NCBI GenBank assembly: GCA_964561785.1
Contig: CAZLRF010000009.1
Location: 41,686 to 105,685, forward strand
From: an uncultured Acidobacteriota bacterium
Lineage (GTDB): Bacteria; Acidobacteriota; Vicinamibacteria; Fen-336
Length of the DNA stretch: 64,000 nt
Reading direction: 5' to 3'
The notes under the pieces: model-generated
Seen by the model: only the letters and a program-made list of their open reading frames with translations
The model's database searches: none
Told to the model about the DNA's origin: nothing
Shown: positions 33,794 to 43,006 of the stretch, piece by piece
Position numbering within the stretch: the stretch's first letter is position 1
Layout of the letters: each line of letters opens with the position of its first letter
Translations under genes and position numbers: made by a program

Positions 33794-33868
33794 TCGGCCA
33801 TCCGGTCCAGCGGAGCGGGCGTACCGCCTGCCACTCTCCATTCCGCCGTCTCCATCCAGGTAACCGAA

Positions 33869-35377
33869 ATGGCCACCGACGACCCCTCGTCCAACCCGCC
33901 GCCCGCCGCGGACGCGGAGCCGAAGGCCGCGAGTCCGGCCGACAGCGCCGCGCGCAGCGGCGCCCACCGCAACGGCGGACACCGTCGCGGGCGCGGCGGC
34001 CCGAAGGGCGAGCACTCCCCGCGCAAGCCGCGCCTGCCCCAGCGGGACGTCGAGGAGGACGAGCCGGTTCCGGACACGGTCGCCGGTGCCGAGGGGGAGG
34101 GGACGGAGGAGGAGGGCAACCGGCTCGACCTCGCCGTCCTCAAGGAGATGAGCATCCAGAAGCTCATCGAGGTGGCGAAGGAGCTGGAGATCCCCGGCGC
34201 GACCTCCATGAAGAAGCAGGAGCTCGTCTTCCAGATCCTGCGCGCCCAGGCGGAGAAGGAGGGCCTCATCTTCTCCGAGGGCGTCCTCGAGATCCTGCCC
34301 GACGGCTTCGGCTTCCTGCGCGCCCCCGAGTACTGCTACCTCCCCGGGCCGGACGACATCTACGTGTCCCCCTCGCAGATCCGCAAGTTCGACCTGCGCA
34401 CGGGCGACACGATCAGCGGCCAGATCCGGCCCCCGAAGGAGGACGAGCGTTACTTCGCCCTCATCAAGGTGGACGCGGTCAACTTCGAGCCGCCCGACCG
34501 CGCGAAGGAGAAGATCTTCTTCGACAACCTGACCCCTCTGTACCCGCAGGGGCGGATCAGGCTCGAGACGACGCCCGACCAGCTCACGACCCGGGTGATG
34601 GATCTGCTCTGCCCGCTCGGCAAGGGGCAGCGCGCCCTCATCGTGGCCGCCCCCCGCACGGGCAAGACCATGATCCTCCAGGCGATCGCCAACGCGGTCA
34701 CCACGAACCACCCGGAGATCGTCCTCATCGTGCTGCTCATCGACGAGCGGCCCGAGGAGGTGACCGACATGCAGCGCTCGGTCCACGGGGAGGTCATCTC
34801 CTCGACGTTCGACGAGCCGGCCGACCGGCACGTCCAGGTGGCGGAGATGGTCCTCGAGAAAGCCAAGCGCCTCGTCGAGCACAAGAAGGACGTGGTGATC
34901 CTGCTCGACTCGATCACCCGTCTCGCCCGGGCCTACAACACGATCGTCCCGCCCTCGGGCAAGGTCCTCTCGGGCGGCGTCGACTCGAACGCGCTCCAGC
35001 GGCCCAAGCGTTTCTTCGGGGCCGCCCGCAACGTGGAGGAGGGGGGCTCGCTCACGATCATCGCGACCGCGCTCGTCGAGACGGGGTCGAGGATGGACGA
35101 GGTCATCTTCGAGGAGTTCAAGGGCACCGGCAACGCCGAGATCGTCCTCGACCGCAAGCTCACCGACAAGCGGATCTTCCCGTCGCTCGACATCAACCGC
35201 TCGGGCACCCGCAAGGAGGAGCTGCTCGTCCCCGCCGCCGAGCTCAACCGGGCGTGGATCCTGCGCAAGGTCCTCTCCGCGCTCTCGCCGGTCGAGGCGA
35301 TGGAGCTGCTCCTCGAGCGGCTCTCGAAGAGCAAGAGCAACCGCGAGTTCCTCGAGAGCATGTCGGCCGGCGGGTAG
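33869..35377 (+). CDS. rho: transcription termination factor Rho (with charged low-complexity N-terminal insertion)
   Basis: Rho N-terminal domain ([18 protein letters not shown]), CSD-like RNA-binding domain, RecA-like ATPase (Walker [17 protein letters not shown]). Start placed at ATG 33869, downstream of the promoter. Confidence 0.9.
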   Translation: MATDDPSSNPPPAADAEPKAASPADSAARSGAHRNGGHRRGRGGPKGEHSPRKPRLPQRDVEEDEPVPDTVAGAEGEGTEEEGNRLDLAVLKEMSIQKLIEVAKELEIPGATSMKKQELVFQILRAQAEKEGLIFSEGVLEILPDGFGFLRAPEYCYLPGPDDIYVSPSQIRKFDLRTGDTISGQIRPPKEDERYFALIKVDAVNFEPPDRAKEKIFFDNLTPLYPQGRIRLETTPDQLTTRVMDLLCPLGKGQRALIVAAPRTGKTMILQAIANAVTTNHPEIVLIVLLIDERPEEVTDMQRSVHGEVISSTFDEPADRHVQVAEMVLEKAKRLVEHKKDVVILLDSITRLARAYNTIVPPSGKVLSGGVDSNALQRPKRFFGAARNVEEGGSLTIIATALVETGSRMDEVIFEEFKGTGNAEIVLDRKLTDKRIFPSLDINRSGTRKEELLVPAAELNRAWILRKVLSALSPVEAMELLLERLSKSKSNREFLESMSAGG

Positions 35378-35387
35378 CCGCCCGCTC

Positions 35388-35828
35388 TCACATCCCGGGG
35401 TCGGGGCTGACGTCGCCCAGCCCGGCGCGGATCGTGAGCGACATCGTCTGCGACATCAGGTTCTTCCCCGACTTGCGCAGCGTGATCTTGACCCGGTAGA
35501 CGCCGGCGTGCTGGAACGTGTGGTGAGCGGTGTAGCGGCGCTGGATCGCCGTGCCCTCGGTCCACGGGTCGCAGTCCGACTCCTGGACGCTCTTGCCGCC
35601 GTCGTCCCACTCCCATTCGACCTCGGGGCAGTAGAGCTCCTCGACGTCGTCGCCGCCCTTGAGCTCCGCCGTGAACATGATGTTGGCCGGCGAGAACGCG
35701 AAGCGCGGCGTGGAGCGCAGCTCGAGGGCGGGCTTCTTGCCCTTCTTGGGCTTCTCCTCCCCCCCTGCGAGCGGGACGTGGGCGAGGCCGAGAGACAGCG
35801 CGGCGACGACGGCGACGAGCTTGCGCAC
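35388..35828 (-). CDS. small secreted single-PKD-domain protein
   Basis: Signal peptide MRKLVAVVAALSLGLA; PKD signatures WEWDDGGKS and HTFQHAGVYRVKITL. Confidence 0.55.
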   Translation of the reverse strand: MRKLVAVVAALSLGLAHVPLAGGEEKPKKGKKPALELRSTPRFAFSPANIMFTAELKGGDDVEELYCPEVEWEWDDGGKSVQESDCDPWTEGTAIQRRYTAHHTFQHAGVYRVKITLRKSGKNLMSQTMSLTIRAGLGDVSPDPGM

Positions 35829-35877
35829 GAAATGCTCCTTGCTTCGGATGCCCCTTTTGCCATTCTAGTCCGAGTCG

Positions 35878-35949
35878 GGGGTCAGATCTTGAATCTGCTC
35901 ATCGGGCGGGCCGCGGGCCGCGGGATGCGTCGATTCAAGATCTGACCCC
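35878..35949. repeat. perfect 18-bp inverted repeat (GGGGTCAGATCTTGAATC ... GATTCAAGATCTGACCCC) with 36-nt GC-rich spacer, overlapping the putative promoter of the downstream Fic-like gene
   Basis: Arms 35878-35895 and 35932-35949 are exact reverse complements; each arm contains an AGATCT palindrome; TAGAAT -10-like box at 35967-35972. Confidence 0.5.
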
Positions 35950-35989
35950 TTCACGACCTACACGGGGACGCCCCGTAGAATGGCGGGGC

Positions 35990-36691
35990 ATGAGCACGCC
36001 GCTGCGTCTGCAGCCCTCGCCCGCCGTCAAGGAGAAGCGCCTCGCCTCGCTCCTCGCAGAGCGGGGCCTTGAGGCGGACGACCCCGCGCTCGCGGGGCTG
36101 GTCGAGGACGCCCAGCTCCTCGGGAGCCTCGAGCTCGCCGGCGTGCGCGCCTCGTGGGACGAGGTGCGGGCCTCGCGCGAGCCGGGCCGGGGGGCGGCCG
36201 AGGTCCTGGCCCTGCGGCGGGCGCGGGCGGCGGTCGCGAGGGACGCCCCGTTCGGCGTCGCCGCCCTGCGCGCGTGGCACGAGGCCATCGCGGGCCCCGT
36301 CGGCTACCGCACGGGCGAGCGCGAGCGGGAGGGGCCGCCGCCCGCGCCCGCCGAGTTCATCGAGAGCCGGCTCGCCACTCTCGAGGAGTGGCTGGAGATG
36401 GCCGGGTCGCGGGACCTGCGGCCCGAGCAGGCGGCCGCCGTGGCCCTCGCCCGCGTCGTCGAGATCCTGCCCTGGGACGACGCGAACGGCCGCGTCTCGC
36501 GCCTCGCCGCGTCCCACCTCATGGAGAGGGGCGGGATGCGCCCGCCGATCCTGGTCGCCGGCGACGCCCCGCGCCTGCGCGCGGCGCTCGAGTCGGCCTT
36601 CCAGCTCGAGACCGGGCCGCTCGTCGACCTCCTCGTCGAGGCCTCGGGCCGCGCCCTCGACGTGATGATCCAATCGCTCAGCGCACGCTGA
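35990..36691 (+). CDS. Fic/DOC (Fido)-like protein with degenerate active-site motif
   Basis: ILPWDDANGRVSR aligns with the Fic motif HPFx(D/E)GNGRxxR but carries H->L and G->A substitutions. Confidence 0.4.
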   Translation: MSTPLRLQPSPAVKEKRLASLLAERGLEADDPALAGLVEDAQLLGSLELAGVRASWDEVRASREPGRGAAEVLALRRARAAVARDAPFGVAALRAWHEAIAGPVGYRTGEREREGPPPAPAEFIESRLATLEEWLEMAGSRDLRPEQAAAVALARVVEILPWDDANGRVSRLAASHLMERGGMRPPILVAGDAPRLRAALESAFQLETGPLVDLLVEASGRALDVMIQSLSAR

Positions 36692-36721
36692 TCCGCTCCT
36701 GCTACGCTTGGTTCGTCCGCC

Positions 36722-38122
36722 ATGCACATCGACCTCCCCCCCGGTGTCGTGCGCCTCTTCGCCGACGTGCGCTCGGCCGGGGGCCGGCCGTTCGTGGTGG
36801 GCGGCGCCGTGCGCGACGCCCTCCTCGGCCTGCCGCTGAAGGACGTCGACGTCGAGGTGTTCGGCCTGCCGGCGCAGGGCCTCGAGCGGCTGCTCGGCGC
36901 GCACGGGCGGGTGGACGCGGTCGGGCAGGCGTTCCGCGTCTACAAGCTCTCGGGCGTCGAGGGGGTCCTTGGCGCGCTCGACGTCGCGCTTCCGCGGCGC
37001 GACTCGAAGGTCGGTCCCGGCCACCGGGGCATCGCCGTCCTCGGCGACCCCCAGCTGCCGATCGACGAGGCCGCCCGCCGCCGCGACTTCACGATGAACG
37101 CGATGCTCTTCGACCCCGCGACGGGCGAGCTGCACGACCCGTGGGGCGGGAGGCGCGACCTCGAGGCCCGCGTCCTGCGCGCCGTGGACCCGTCGACGTT
37201 CGGCGACGATCCGCTGCGCGCCCTGCGCGCCGTGCAATTCGCGGCCCGGTACGAGCTCGAGGTCGAGCCGGCCAGCGCCGCGCTGTGCGCCGCGATGCCG
37301 CTCGCCGAGCTGCCCCCCGAGCGGATCTTCGTCGAGATCGAGAAGCTGCTCCTGAAGGCGGAGAAGCCGTCGCGCGGCCTCGCCCTCCTGAGGGCCTGGG
37401 GCATGCTGCCGGTCGTCGCCCCGGAGCTCCTCCCCCTCGACGAGACGCCCCAGGACCCCGGCTGGCACCCCGAGGGCGACGTGTGGGTCCACACGCTGCA
37501 GGTCGTGGACGAGGCGGCGGCCCTCGCGAGGGACCTCGCCACCGACCGCCCACGGCACCTCGCCGTCATGCTGGGCGCCCTCTGCCACGACCTCGGCAAG
37601 CCCGCGACCACCCGCTTCGAGGACGGCCGCATCCGCTCGCGCGGGCACGAGGAGGCAGGGCTCGCGCCCACGCGCTCCCTCCTCGACCGGTGGGGCGTCC
37701 ACACGCTGCTCGGCTACGACGTGCGGGCCCAGGTGCTCGCCCTCGTCGCCCACCACCTCAAGCCCGGCCAGCTCTACGACGATCGCGAGAGGGTCGGCGA
37801 CGGGGCCATCCGCCGCCTCTCCCGCAAGTGCGAGCCCGACCTGCTCTACCGCGTGGCGAAGGCCGACTGCCTCGGGCGCCGGCCCGGCGCCTTCGCGCCG
37901 GTCGCGATGGAGTGGTTCCGCGCCCGCGTCGCCGAGCTCGACGCCTTCCGCCCCCCCGAGCCGCTGCTCAGGGGCCGCGACGTCCTCGCCCTCGGCGTCC
38001 CGCCGGGCCCGGAGGTCGGCCGGGTCGTCCGGGCCGTCTACGAGCGGCAGCTCGACGGGGCGGTCCGCACGGTCGACGAGGCGCGCGACGAGGCGCGCCG
38101 GCTCCTCGGCTACCGGCCGTAG
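36722..38122 (+). CDS. cca: CCA-adding tRNA nucleotidyltransferase (class II, with HD domain)
   Basis: PolyA_pol head (VVGGAVRDALLGLPLKDVDVEV, RRDFTMNAM); HD motif LCHDLGKP. Confidence 0.8.
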   Translation: MHIDLPPGVVRLFADVRSAGGRPFVVGGAVRDALLGLPLKDVDVEVFGLPAQGLERLLGAHGRVDAVGQAFRVYKLSGVEGVLGALDVALPRRDSKVGPGHRGIAVLGDPQLPIDEAARRRDFTMNAMLFDPATGELHDPWGGRRDLEARVLRAVDPSTFGDDPLRALRAVQFAARYELEVEPASAALCAAMPLAELPPERIFVEIEKLLLKAEKPSRGLALLRAWGMLPVVAPELLPLDETPQDPGWHPEGDVWVHTLQVVDEAAALARDLATDRPRHLAVMLGALCHDLGKPATTRFEDGRIRSRGHEEAGLAPTRSLLDRWGVHTLLGYDVRAQVLALVAHHLKPGQLYDDRERVGDGAIRRLSRKCEPDLLYRVAKADCLGRRPGAFAPVAMEWFRARVAELDAFRPPEPLLRGRDVLALGVPPGPEVGRVVRAVYERQLDGAVRTVDEARDEARRLLGYRP

Positions 38123-39642
38123 GTCGTCTCGCGGTCGAGGACCTCGAGGGTGTGCGCGTAGAGGTCGTCCACCTGCGCGGGGCTGTTCGCGATCGCGGTG
38201 AGCCCGAGCTTGCCGAACTCGGACAGCGCGCCGATGAGGTGGAAGAGGACCCCCGACTCCGTCCCGTGGCTGTAGTGCAGCTTGTTCACGGTGAGGATGT
38301 CGACGAGGTCCTCCGGGAGCAGCCCCCGGTACTGCTCGGAGAAGAGGTTGTCCGTCGCCTTGTAGTACTTGGCGTGGCCGCTCGGCGAGAGGAAGAGACC
38401 CGTCTCCGGGTCGAGGCTCCCGCCGGTGAGGAACTGCAGGGCGAGGTAGGGATGGGTCGTGCCTCCCATGCGCAGGTTGATCTCGAGCGCGGTCACCCGC
38501 CAGTGCTCGGCCGGGGCGTCGCGGTGCACGAGGAAGTCGATCCCGAGGCGGCTCACCACGCCGTGCGCGGCCAGCACCCTCCCGATCGCGAGCCCCGCCT
38601 CCTGGACCTGGAGCCGGTAGTCGTCGCGGGCGGGGAAGCGGCAGCCGAGGAACACCTGCCCGCTCGGCCCGCCGAGGATCTGGTCGTGGGTCGAGATCGC
38701 CTGGACGTCCCCGCGCGGGCTGATCCGCAGCTGCGCGCTCGGGGAGAGCTTCTCCCCGGCCTCCACGAACTCCTCCACGATCCCCCCCATCCTCGAGAGC
38801 TTGTCGAAGTACGTCTCCGCGGTCTCCGTCGCGACCGCGAACTCGACCTGCCGCAGCGCGTCGCGCAGGGCCTCGCGCGACGTGGACTCCGGGTAGCGGA
38901 ACAGGGCGTTGCCCTCCCCGGAGAAGCTCTCGTCGAGCTTGATCACCGCCCGCCGGATCCCGGGGCGCTTCGCCCGCAGCTCCTCGAGCGCCGTCTCGAC
39001 GTCGTGGGGCGTGTGCAGGTCCTCGAAGCCCTCGGGCAGGGCCACCCCCGCCTCCCGGAACACCTTGCGGCTGCCCGACTTGGTCCCGAGGTGGGCGAGG
39101 CGCGGGTCGCAGCCGTTCAGGGGCACGCCGAGCAGCACGGCGAGCTTGCGCTCGTGGGGGGTCGAGTTGAAGACGGTCAGGTAGGCCTTCGAGGGGTCCG
39201 CGATCCCGGCCCGGATCCGCTCGATGAGCCGGGGCCGCGCGAGGATCTTCTCGGTGAGCGAGCGCGGGGAGGCGTCGTCCGCGCACAGGAGCGTCAGGCG
39301 GGAGCGCGCGTGGCTCGCCGGGATCCCGGCCAGGAACTGGAGGTAGTACTCGAGGATGATCGGGTGGATCGGCTGCGAGGTGACGTACACCATCCGCGCC
39401 CGGGGGTTGCGCAGGCGGATGAGGAGGAAGAGCAGCCGCTCCTCGTAGAAGCTCGCCCCCGCGATCTTGCACAGCTCGCTCTGGTCGAGGGTGAGCGAGG
39501 GCACCACCACCGAGGTGTGCGGCTCCTCCTCCCGCATCGTGAGCGAGTCCCACACCGCGGCGAGGCGGGGCTTGAGCCGCTCGAACTCCGCGATCTCCTG
39601 CTCGGGGGTGAGGTCCCTCGGGAACGGGGGCTTCGGGATCAT
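38110..39642 (-). CDS. ATP-grasp superfamily ligase (pre-ATP-grasp + ATP-grasp; possibly PGM1-like peptide ligase family)
   Basis: 510 aa with central ATP-grasp-like region (RAVIKLDESFSGEGNALF, LEINLRMGGTTHP); assignment by overall pattern only. Confidence 0.4.
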   Translation of the reverse strand: MIPKPPFPRDLTPEQEIAEFERLKPRLAAVWDSLTMREEEPHTSVVVPSLTLDQSELCKIAGASFYEERLLFLLIRLRNPRARMVYVTSQPIHPIILEYYLQFLAGIPASHARSRLTLLCADDASPRSLTEKILARPRLIERIRAGIADPSKAYLTVFNSTPHERKLAVLLGVPLNGCDPRLAHLGTKSGSRKVFREAGVALPEGFEDLHTPHDVETALEELRAKRPGIRRAVIKLDESFSGEGNALFRYPESTSREALRDALRQVEFAVATETAETYFDKLSRMGGIVEEFVEAGEKLSPSAQLRISPRGDVQAISTHDQILGGPSGQVFLGCRFPARDDYRLQVQEAGLAIGRVLAAHGVVSRLGIDFLVHRDAPAEHWRVTALEINLRMGGTTHPYLALQFLTGGSLDPETGLFLSPSGHAKYYKATDNLFSEQYRGLLPEDLVDILTVNKLHYSHGTESGVLFHLIGALSEFGKLGLTAIANSPAQVDDLYAHTLEVLDRETTYGR

Positions 39643-39652
39643 CGCGCCCCCC

Positions 39653-40810
39653 TCAGAACACCTCGGCCCCTCGGCCGGCCGCCACGGGCTCCCCGAGCAC
39701 CGCGTGGACGACCCCGTCCTCGTGCAGGCCGCGGGAGCGGCCGAGCGCCTCCGCCCGTCGCCGCACCTGCCGGAAGAGGTGGAAGCGCAGCGGTCCGAGG
39801 AGCGTGAAGTCCGAGGTCAGGTGCAGCCGCTGGTCCACGTCCTCCTCGGGGAAGGAGCGGGTGAGGATCTCGAGCCGCTCCCGGTACCAGGCCTCGCTCA
39901 CCTCGCCGCGGTCGCGCTTCTGGTTGAGGATCATCACCTGGCGGAAGCGGTCCACGATCTCGGGGTGGTGGTTCGCCGCGAACACCCGCGGCATCACGCC
40001 GGAGCGGTCCCGCGCGAACTCGATCATCGTCACCGCGTCCCCCGGGGCGCCGCCCACGCCCAGCGTCTCGAAGCCGATCGGCACCGCCCACGCCGGACGC
40101 CCGCGGCGGGGGATCAGGTCGAACAGGCGGTTCTCCACGACCCGGAACCGGGCGCTCTCCCCGAGGAGCTCGGCGAAGCGGCGGAACCACGGGTGCTCGG
40201 CCGCCGGCCACGCGAGCACGTTCTCGAGGACGCCGGTGCACTTGCCCTTCTCGGGGCCCCGCAGGACGGGCTCGGCCGCTCCCGACCAGCGGCACAGGAC
40301 CCCGAACGTGTGGCACACCGCGAGCAGCGCCGCGTCCTCGTCCTCCCGGATGGCGTCGAACAGCCGGAACGCCGGCTCCTCCCAGGACGGGTCCTCCCGA
40401 ACGCCCTGGGCGAACGGGGCGACGCCGTCGTTCTGCCGCGGGTCGATGTGGCCCGGTCCCCCCGTGCCGACGTAGAGCGCGTAGCGCCCGCCCGGGGGGC
40501 CGGGGAGGACGCCCGAGCGGCGCACGTCGAACGAGAGCACGCGCACCCGCAGGCCCGCCTCCTCGAGCGCCCCGATCGACTCACAGCTCGCGTCCATGAC
40601 CGCGTGGACGAGCGAGTCGTGCCCGAGGTTGGGCCAGCCGTGGTTCATGTCGAGCACGGCCACGTCGATCGCCCGCGGGTCCTCCGCCGGCACGTCCTGC
40701 GGGCGCTCCACCCTCACGTACTCGAACGTGCCGCAGGGCGCGGTCGACGGGCAGTCGGTGACGCAGAACTGCCGGCCGTGGCGCTGCTTGAAGGCACACT
40801 CGAGGGGCAT
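39653..40810 (-). CDS. class I glutamine-amidotransferase-like protein with N-terminal Cys4 cluster
   Basis: Nucleophile-elbow-like LLAVCHTFGV and C-terminal NHHPEIV (HPE His/Glu motif); N-terminus MPLECAFKQRHGRQFCVTDCPSTAPCG with four Cys; 11 nt upstream of the ATP-grasp gene on the same strand. Confidence 0.4.
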   Translation of the reverse strand: MPLECAFKQRHGRQFCVTDCPSTAPCGTFEYVRVERPQDVPAEDPRAIDVAVLDMNHGWPNLGHDSLVHAVMDASCESIGALEEAGLRVRVLSFDVRRSGVLPGPPGGRYALYVGTGGPGHIDPRQNDGVAPFAQGVREDPSWEEPAFRLFDAIREDEDAALLAVCHTFGVLCRWSGAAEPVLRGPEKGKCTGVLENVLAWPAAEHPWFRRFAELLGESARFRVVENRLFDLIPRRGRPAWAVPIGFETLGVGGAPGDAVTMIEFARDRSGVMPRVFAANHHPEIVDRFRQVMILNQKRDRGEVSEAWYRERLEILTRSFPEEDVDQRLHLTSDFTLLGPLRFHLFRQVRRRAEALGRSRGLHEDGVVHAVLGEPVAAGRGAEVF

Positions 40811-40914
40811 GATCCGCAGAGTCTACCGGCCCCCCGGGGCCCCGTCCACCCGGGTCTCTTGCCACGACGGGGGGCGCGGAGGCAGACTCGCTCCCGGCAT
40901 CCCGGAGGTGCGGC

Positions 40915-41403
40915 ATGGGACTCGAGCTGAAGCTGGTCGCGATCGACAAGCCGGCCGACGCCAACCTCATCCTCGGCCAGTCGCACTTCATCAAGACCGT
41001 CGAGGACCTCTACGAGGCCCTCGTGGCGTCCGTGCCGGGGATCCAGTTCGGCCTCGCGTTCTGCGAGGCGTCGGGGCACTGCCTCGTCCGGGCGGAGGGG
41101 ACCGACGAGGCGATGAAGGCGGTGGCGGTCGCCGCGGCGCAGTCGATCGGCGCCGGCCACAGCTTCGTGATCGTCCTCCAGAACGCCTTTCCCATCAACG
41201 TGCTCAGCGCGGTGAAGGCCTGCCCCGAGGTGTGCCGGATCTACTGCGCCACCGCGAACCCGCTGCAGGTGGTCGTGGCCGAGACCGAGCAGGGCCGCGG
41301 CATCCTCGGCGTCGTCGACGGCTCGTCGCCGAAGGGCGTCGAGGACGCGGCGGGGGTCGCGTGGAGGCAGGAGCTGCTGCAGAAGTTCGGCTACAAGCGC
41401 TGA
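40915..41403 (+). CDS. adenosine-specific-kinase-family (DUF355-like) protein
   Basis: N-terminal LKLVAIDKPADANLILGQSHFIKTVEDLYEAL resembles this small family; low certainty. Confidence 0.3.
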   Translation: MGLELKLVAIDKPADANLILGQSHFIKTVEDLYEALVASVPGIQFGLAFCEASGHCLVRAEGTDEAMKAVAVAAAQSIGAGHSFVIVLQNAFPINVLSAVKACPEVCRIYCATANPLQVVVAETEQGRGILGVVDGSSPKGVEDAAGVAWRQELLQKFGYKR

Positions 41404-41489
41404 GCGGCCGGATGCAGCGGACGGGCGCACGGAAAGGCCGAAGCGCCCGCCGCTGATCCGGCCGCCGGGGGAGACCGAGGAGACGACCC

Positions 41490-41969
41490 ATGGGACTGAG
41501 CCTCACCTCGCCGGCCTTCGCACCGGGCGGGGAGATCCCCTCCCGGTTCACCTGCGAGGGCCGCGACCTCTCGCCCGCCCTCGAGTGGACGGGCGTTCCC
41601 GAGACGGCGAGAAGCCTCGTGCTGATCGTGGACGATCCCGACGCCCCGGACCCCGAGGCCCCGAAGATGACCTGGGTCCACTGGGTCCTCTACAACCTGC
41701 CGCCGTCACTCCGGGGCCTGCCCGAGGGCGTCGCCGCGAAGGACCTGCCGCCGGGGACGAGGCAGGGGACGAACGACTGGAAGCGCACCGGCTACGGCGG
41801 GCCCTGCCCGCCGATCGGCCGCCACCGCTACGTCCACAAGCTCTACGCTCTCGACGTCGTTCTCCCCGACCTCGGCGCGGCGACCAAGACCCAGGTCGAG
41901 GCGGCCATGACGGGCCACGTGGTCGCGCAGGCGGAGCTCGTCGGGACGTACGAGAAGACCGGGCGCTGA
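41490..41969 (+). CDS. YbhB/YbcL-family PEBP (Raf kinase inhibitor-like) protein
   Basis: PEBP signature DPDAPDPEAPKMTWVHWVLYN and GYGGPCPPIGRHRYVHKLYAL. Confidence 0.8.
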   Translation: MGLSLTSPAFAPGGEIPSRFTCEGRDLSPALEWTGVPETARSLVLIVDDPDAPDPEAPKMTWVHWVLYNLPPSLRGLPEGVAAKDLPPGTRQGTNDWKRTGYGGPCPPIGRHRYVHKLYALDVVLPDLGAATKTQVEAAMTGHVVAQAELVGTYEKTGR

Positions 41970-41980
41970 GGAAGCTCGCC

Positions 41981-42889
41981 TCAGCGGCGCGCGGGGCGAT
42001 AGTCGGGGTAACGCGCGTCGCCGCCGCCGAACGTGACCCGCCAGGAGCGGCCGTCGGAGAGCCGGAAGCGGTAGATCTCGAAGCCGCCCGCGACCGTCGA
42101 GGCGAAGGCGATCTCCGACCCGTCGGGGGAGTAGACGGGGTCGTAGTTGAGGCCGGGCCAGTCGACGAGGACGCGCTCCGTGCCCGTGGCGAGGTCGTGC
42201 TCGAGGAGAAGGCTGCGGTCCCGGCGGGGGCGGCGGCCGACGTAGACGACCGCCCGGCCATCGGGCCGGAAGCGCGGCTCGCATCCTCCGACCGTCGAGA
42301 GGCGTCGCGTCTCGCCGCCCGCGGCGTCCACCAGCCAGATCTGGTGGCCCTCCCGGACGTTCGACGAGAAGACGATCCGCGTCCCGTCCCGGCTCCAGTG
42401 GGGGTTGCCGAGGATCGAGCGCGGCCCGTGTCGCACCAGGAGCCGCGTCGCCCCGCTCGCGCGGTCGAGGAGCCAGAGCGACTCGGGCCCGTCCCGGTTC
42501 GAGAGGAACGCGAGGGTGCGGCCATCGGGCGACTCGTCGGCCTGCCACTCCGTGTGGGCGTTCGTGCGCACGCGTCGCGCCTCGCCCCCCTCCGCGGGGA
42601 CGGCGAAGAGCTGCCAGTTCCCCAAGCGGTTCGAGGTGAACACCACCCGCCGTCCGTCGCCGGTCCACCGCGGCAGGCCGTCCGTGGCGGGATGGGTCGT
42701 CAGCCGGCGCGGGGTCCCGCCCGCGGCGGGGACCACGTAGAGGTCGCGGTTTCCCCCTGCCTCCTTCTCGAAGACGAGCCGGTCGCCGCTCTGCGCCGCC
42801 GGCGCGTCCGCCCGGGCGGGCGCGCCCCGGGAGCAGGCGCCGGCGAGGAGCGACAGAGCGACGGCGCCGCCGGCCAGCACGCGCCTCAC
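41981..42889 (-). CDS. TolB-like beta-propeller (PD40/WD40-like repeat) lipoprotein
   Basis: Repeated PD40 units (SPDGRTLAF, SRDGTRIVF, RPDGRAVVY, SPDGSEIAF). Start placed at GTG 42889, giving the lipoprotein signal RRVLAGGAVALSLLAGAC; the track ORF extends to 42985. Confidence 0.65.
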   Translation of the reverse strand: MRRVLAGGAVALSLLAGACSRGAPARADAPAAQSGDRLVFEKEAGGNRDLYVVPAAGGTPRRLTTHPATDGLPRWTGDGRRVVFTSNRLGNWQLFAVPAEGGEARRVRTNAHTEWQADESPDGRTLAFLSNRDGPESLWLLDRASGATRLLVRHGPRSILGNPHWSRDGTRIVFSSNVREGHQIWLVDAAGGETRRLSTVGGCEPRFRPDGRAVVYVGRRPRRDRSLLLEHDLATGTERVLVDWPGLNYDPVYSPDGSEIAFASTVAGGFEIYRFRLSDGRSWRVTFGGGDARYPDYRPARR

Positions 42890-43006
42890 CCGAGGGCCCA
42901 GGCTCGGCCGCCGGCCGCGGGCCACGGTGTCGAAGCGCGCGAGCGACCCCGGCTCGAGGCGGCGGGCCACGGCCCATCGTGCCACAATGGCCCGCGAGAG
43001 GTGTCC

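Noticed and set aside
35878-35949. Miniature inverted-repeat transposable element
   Set aside because: Only 72 bp total, no flanking target-site duplication visible and no second copy in the window; retained as a repeat/operator candidate instead.
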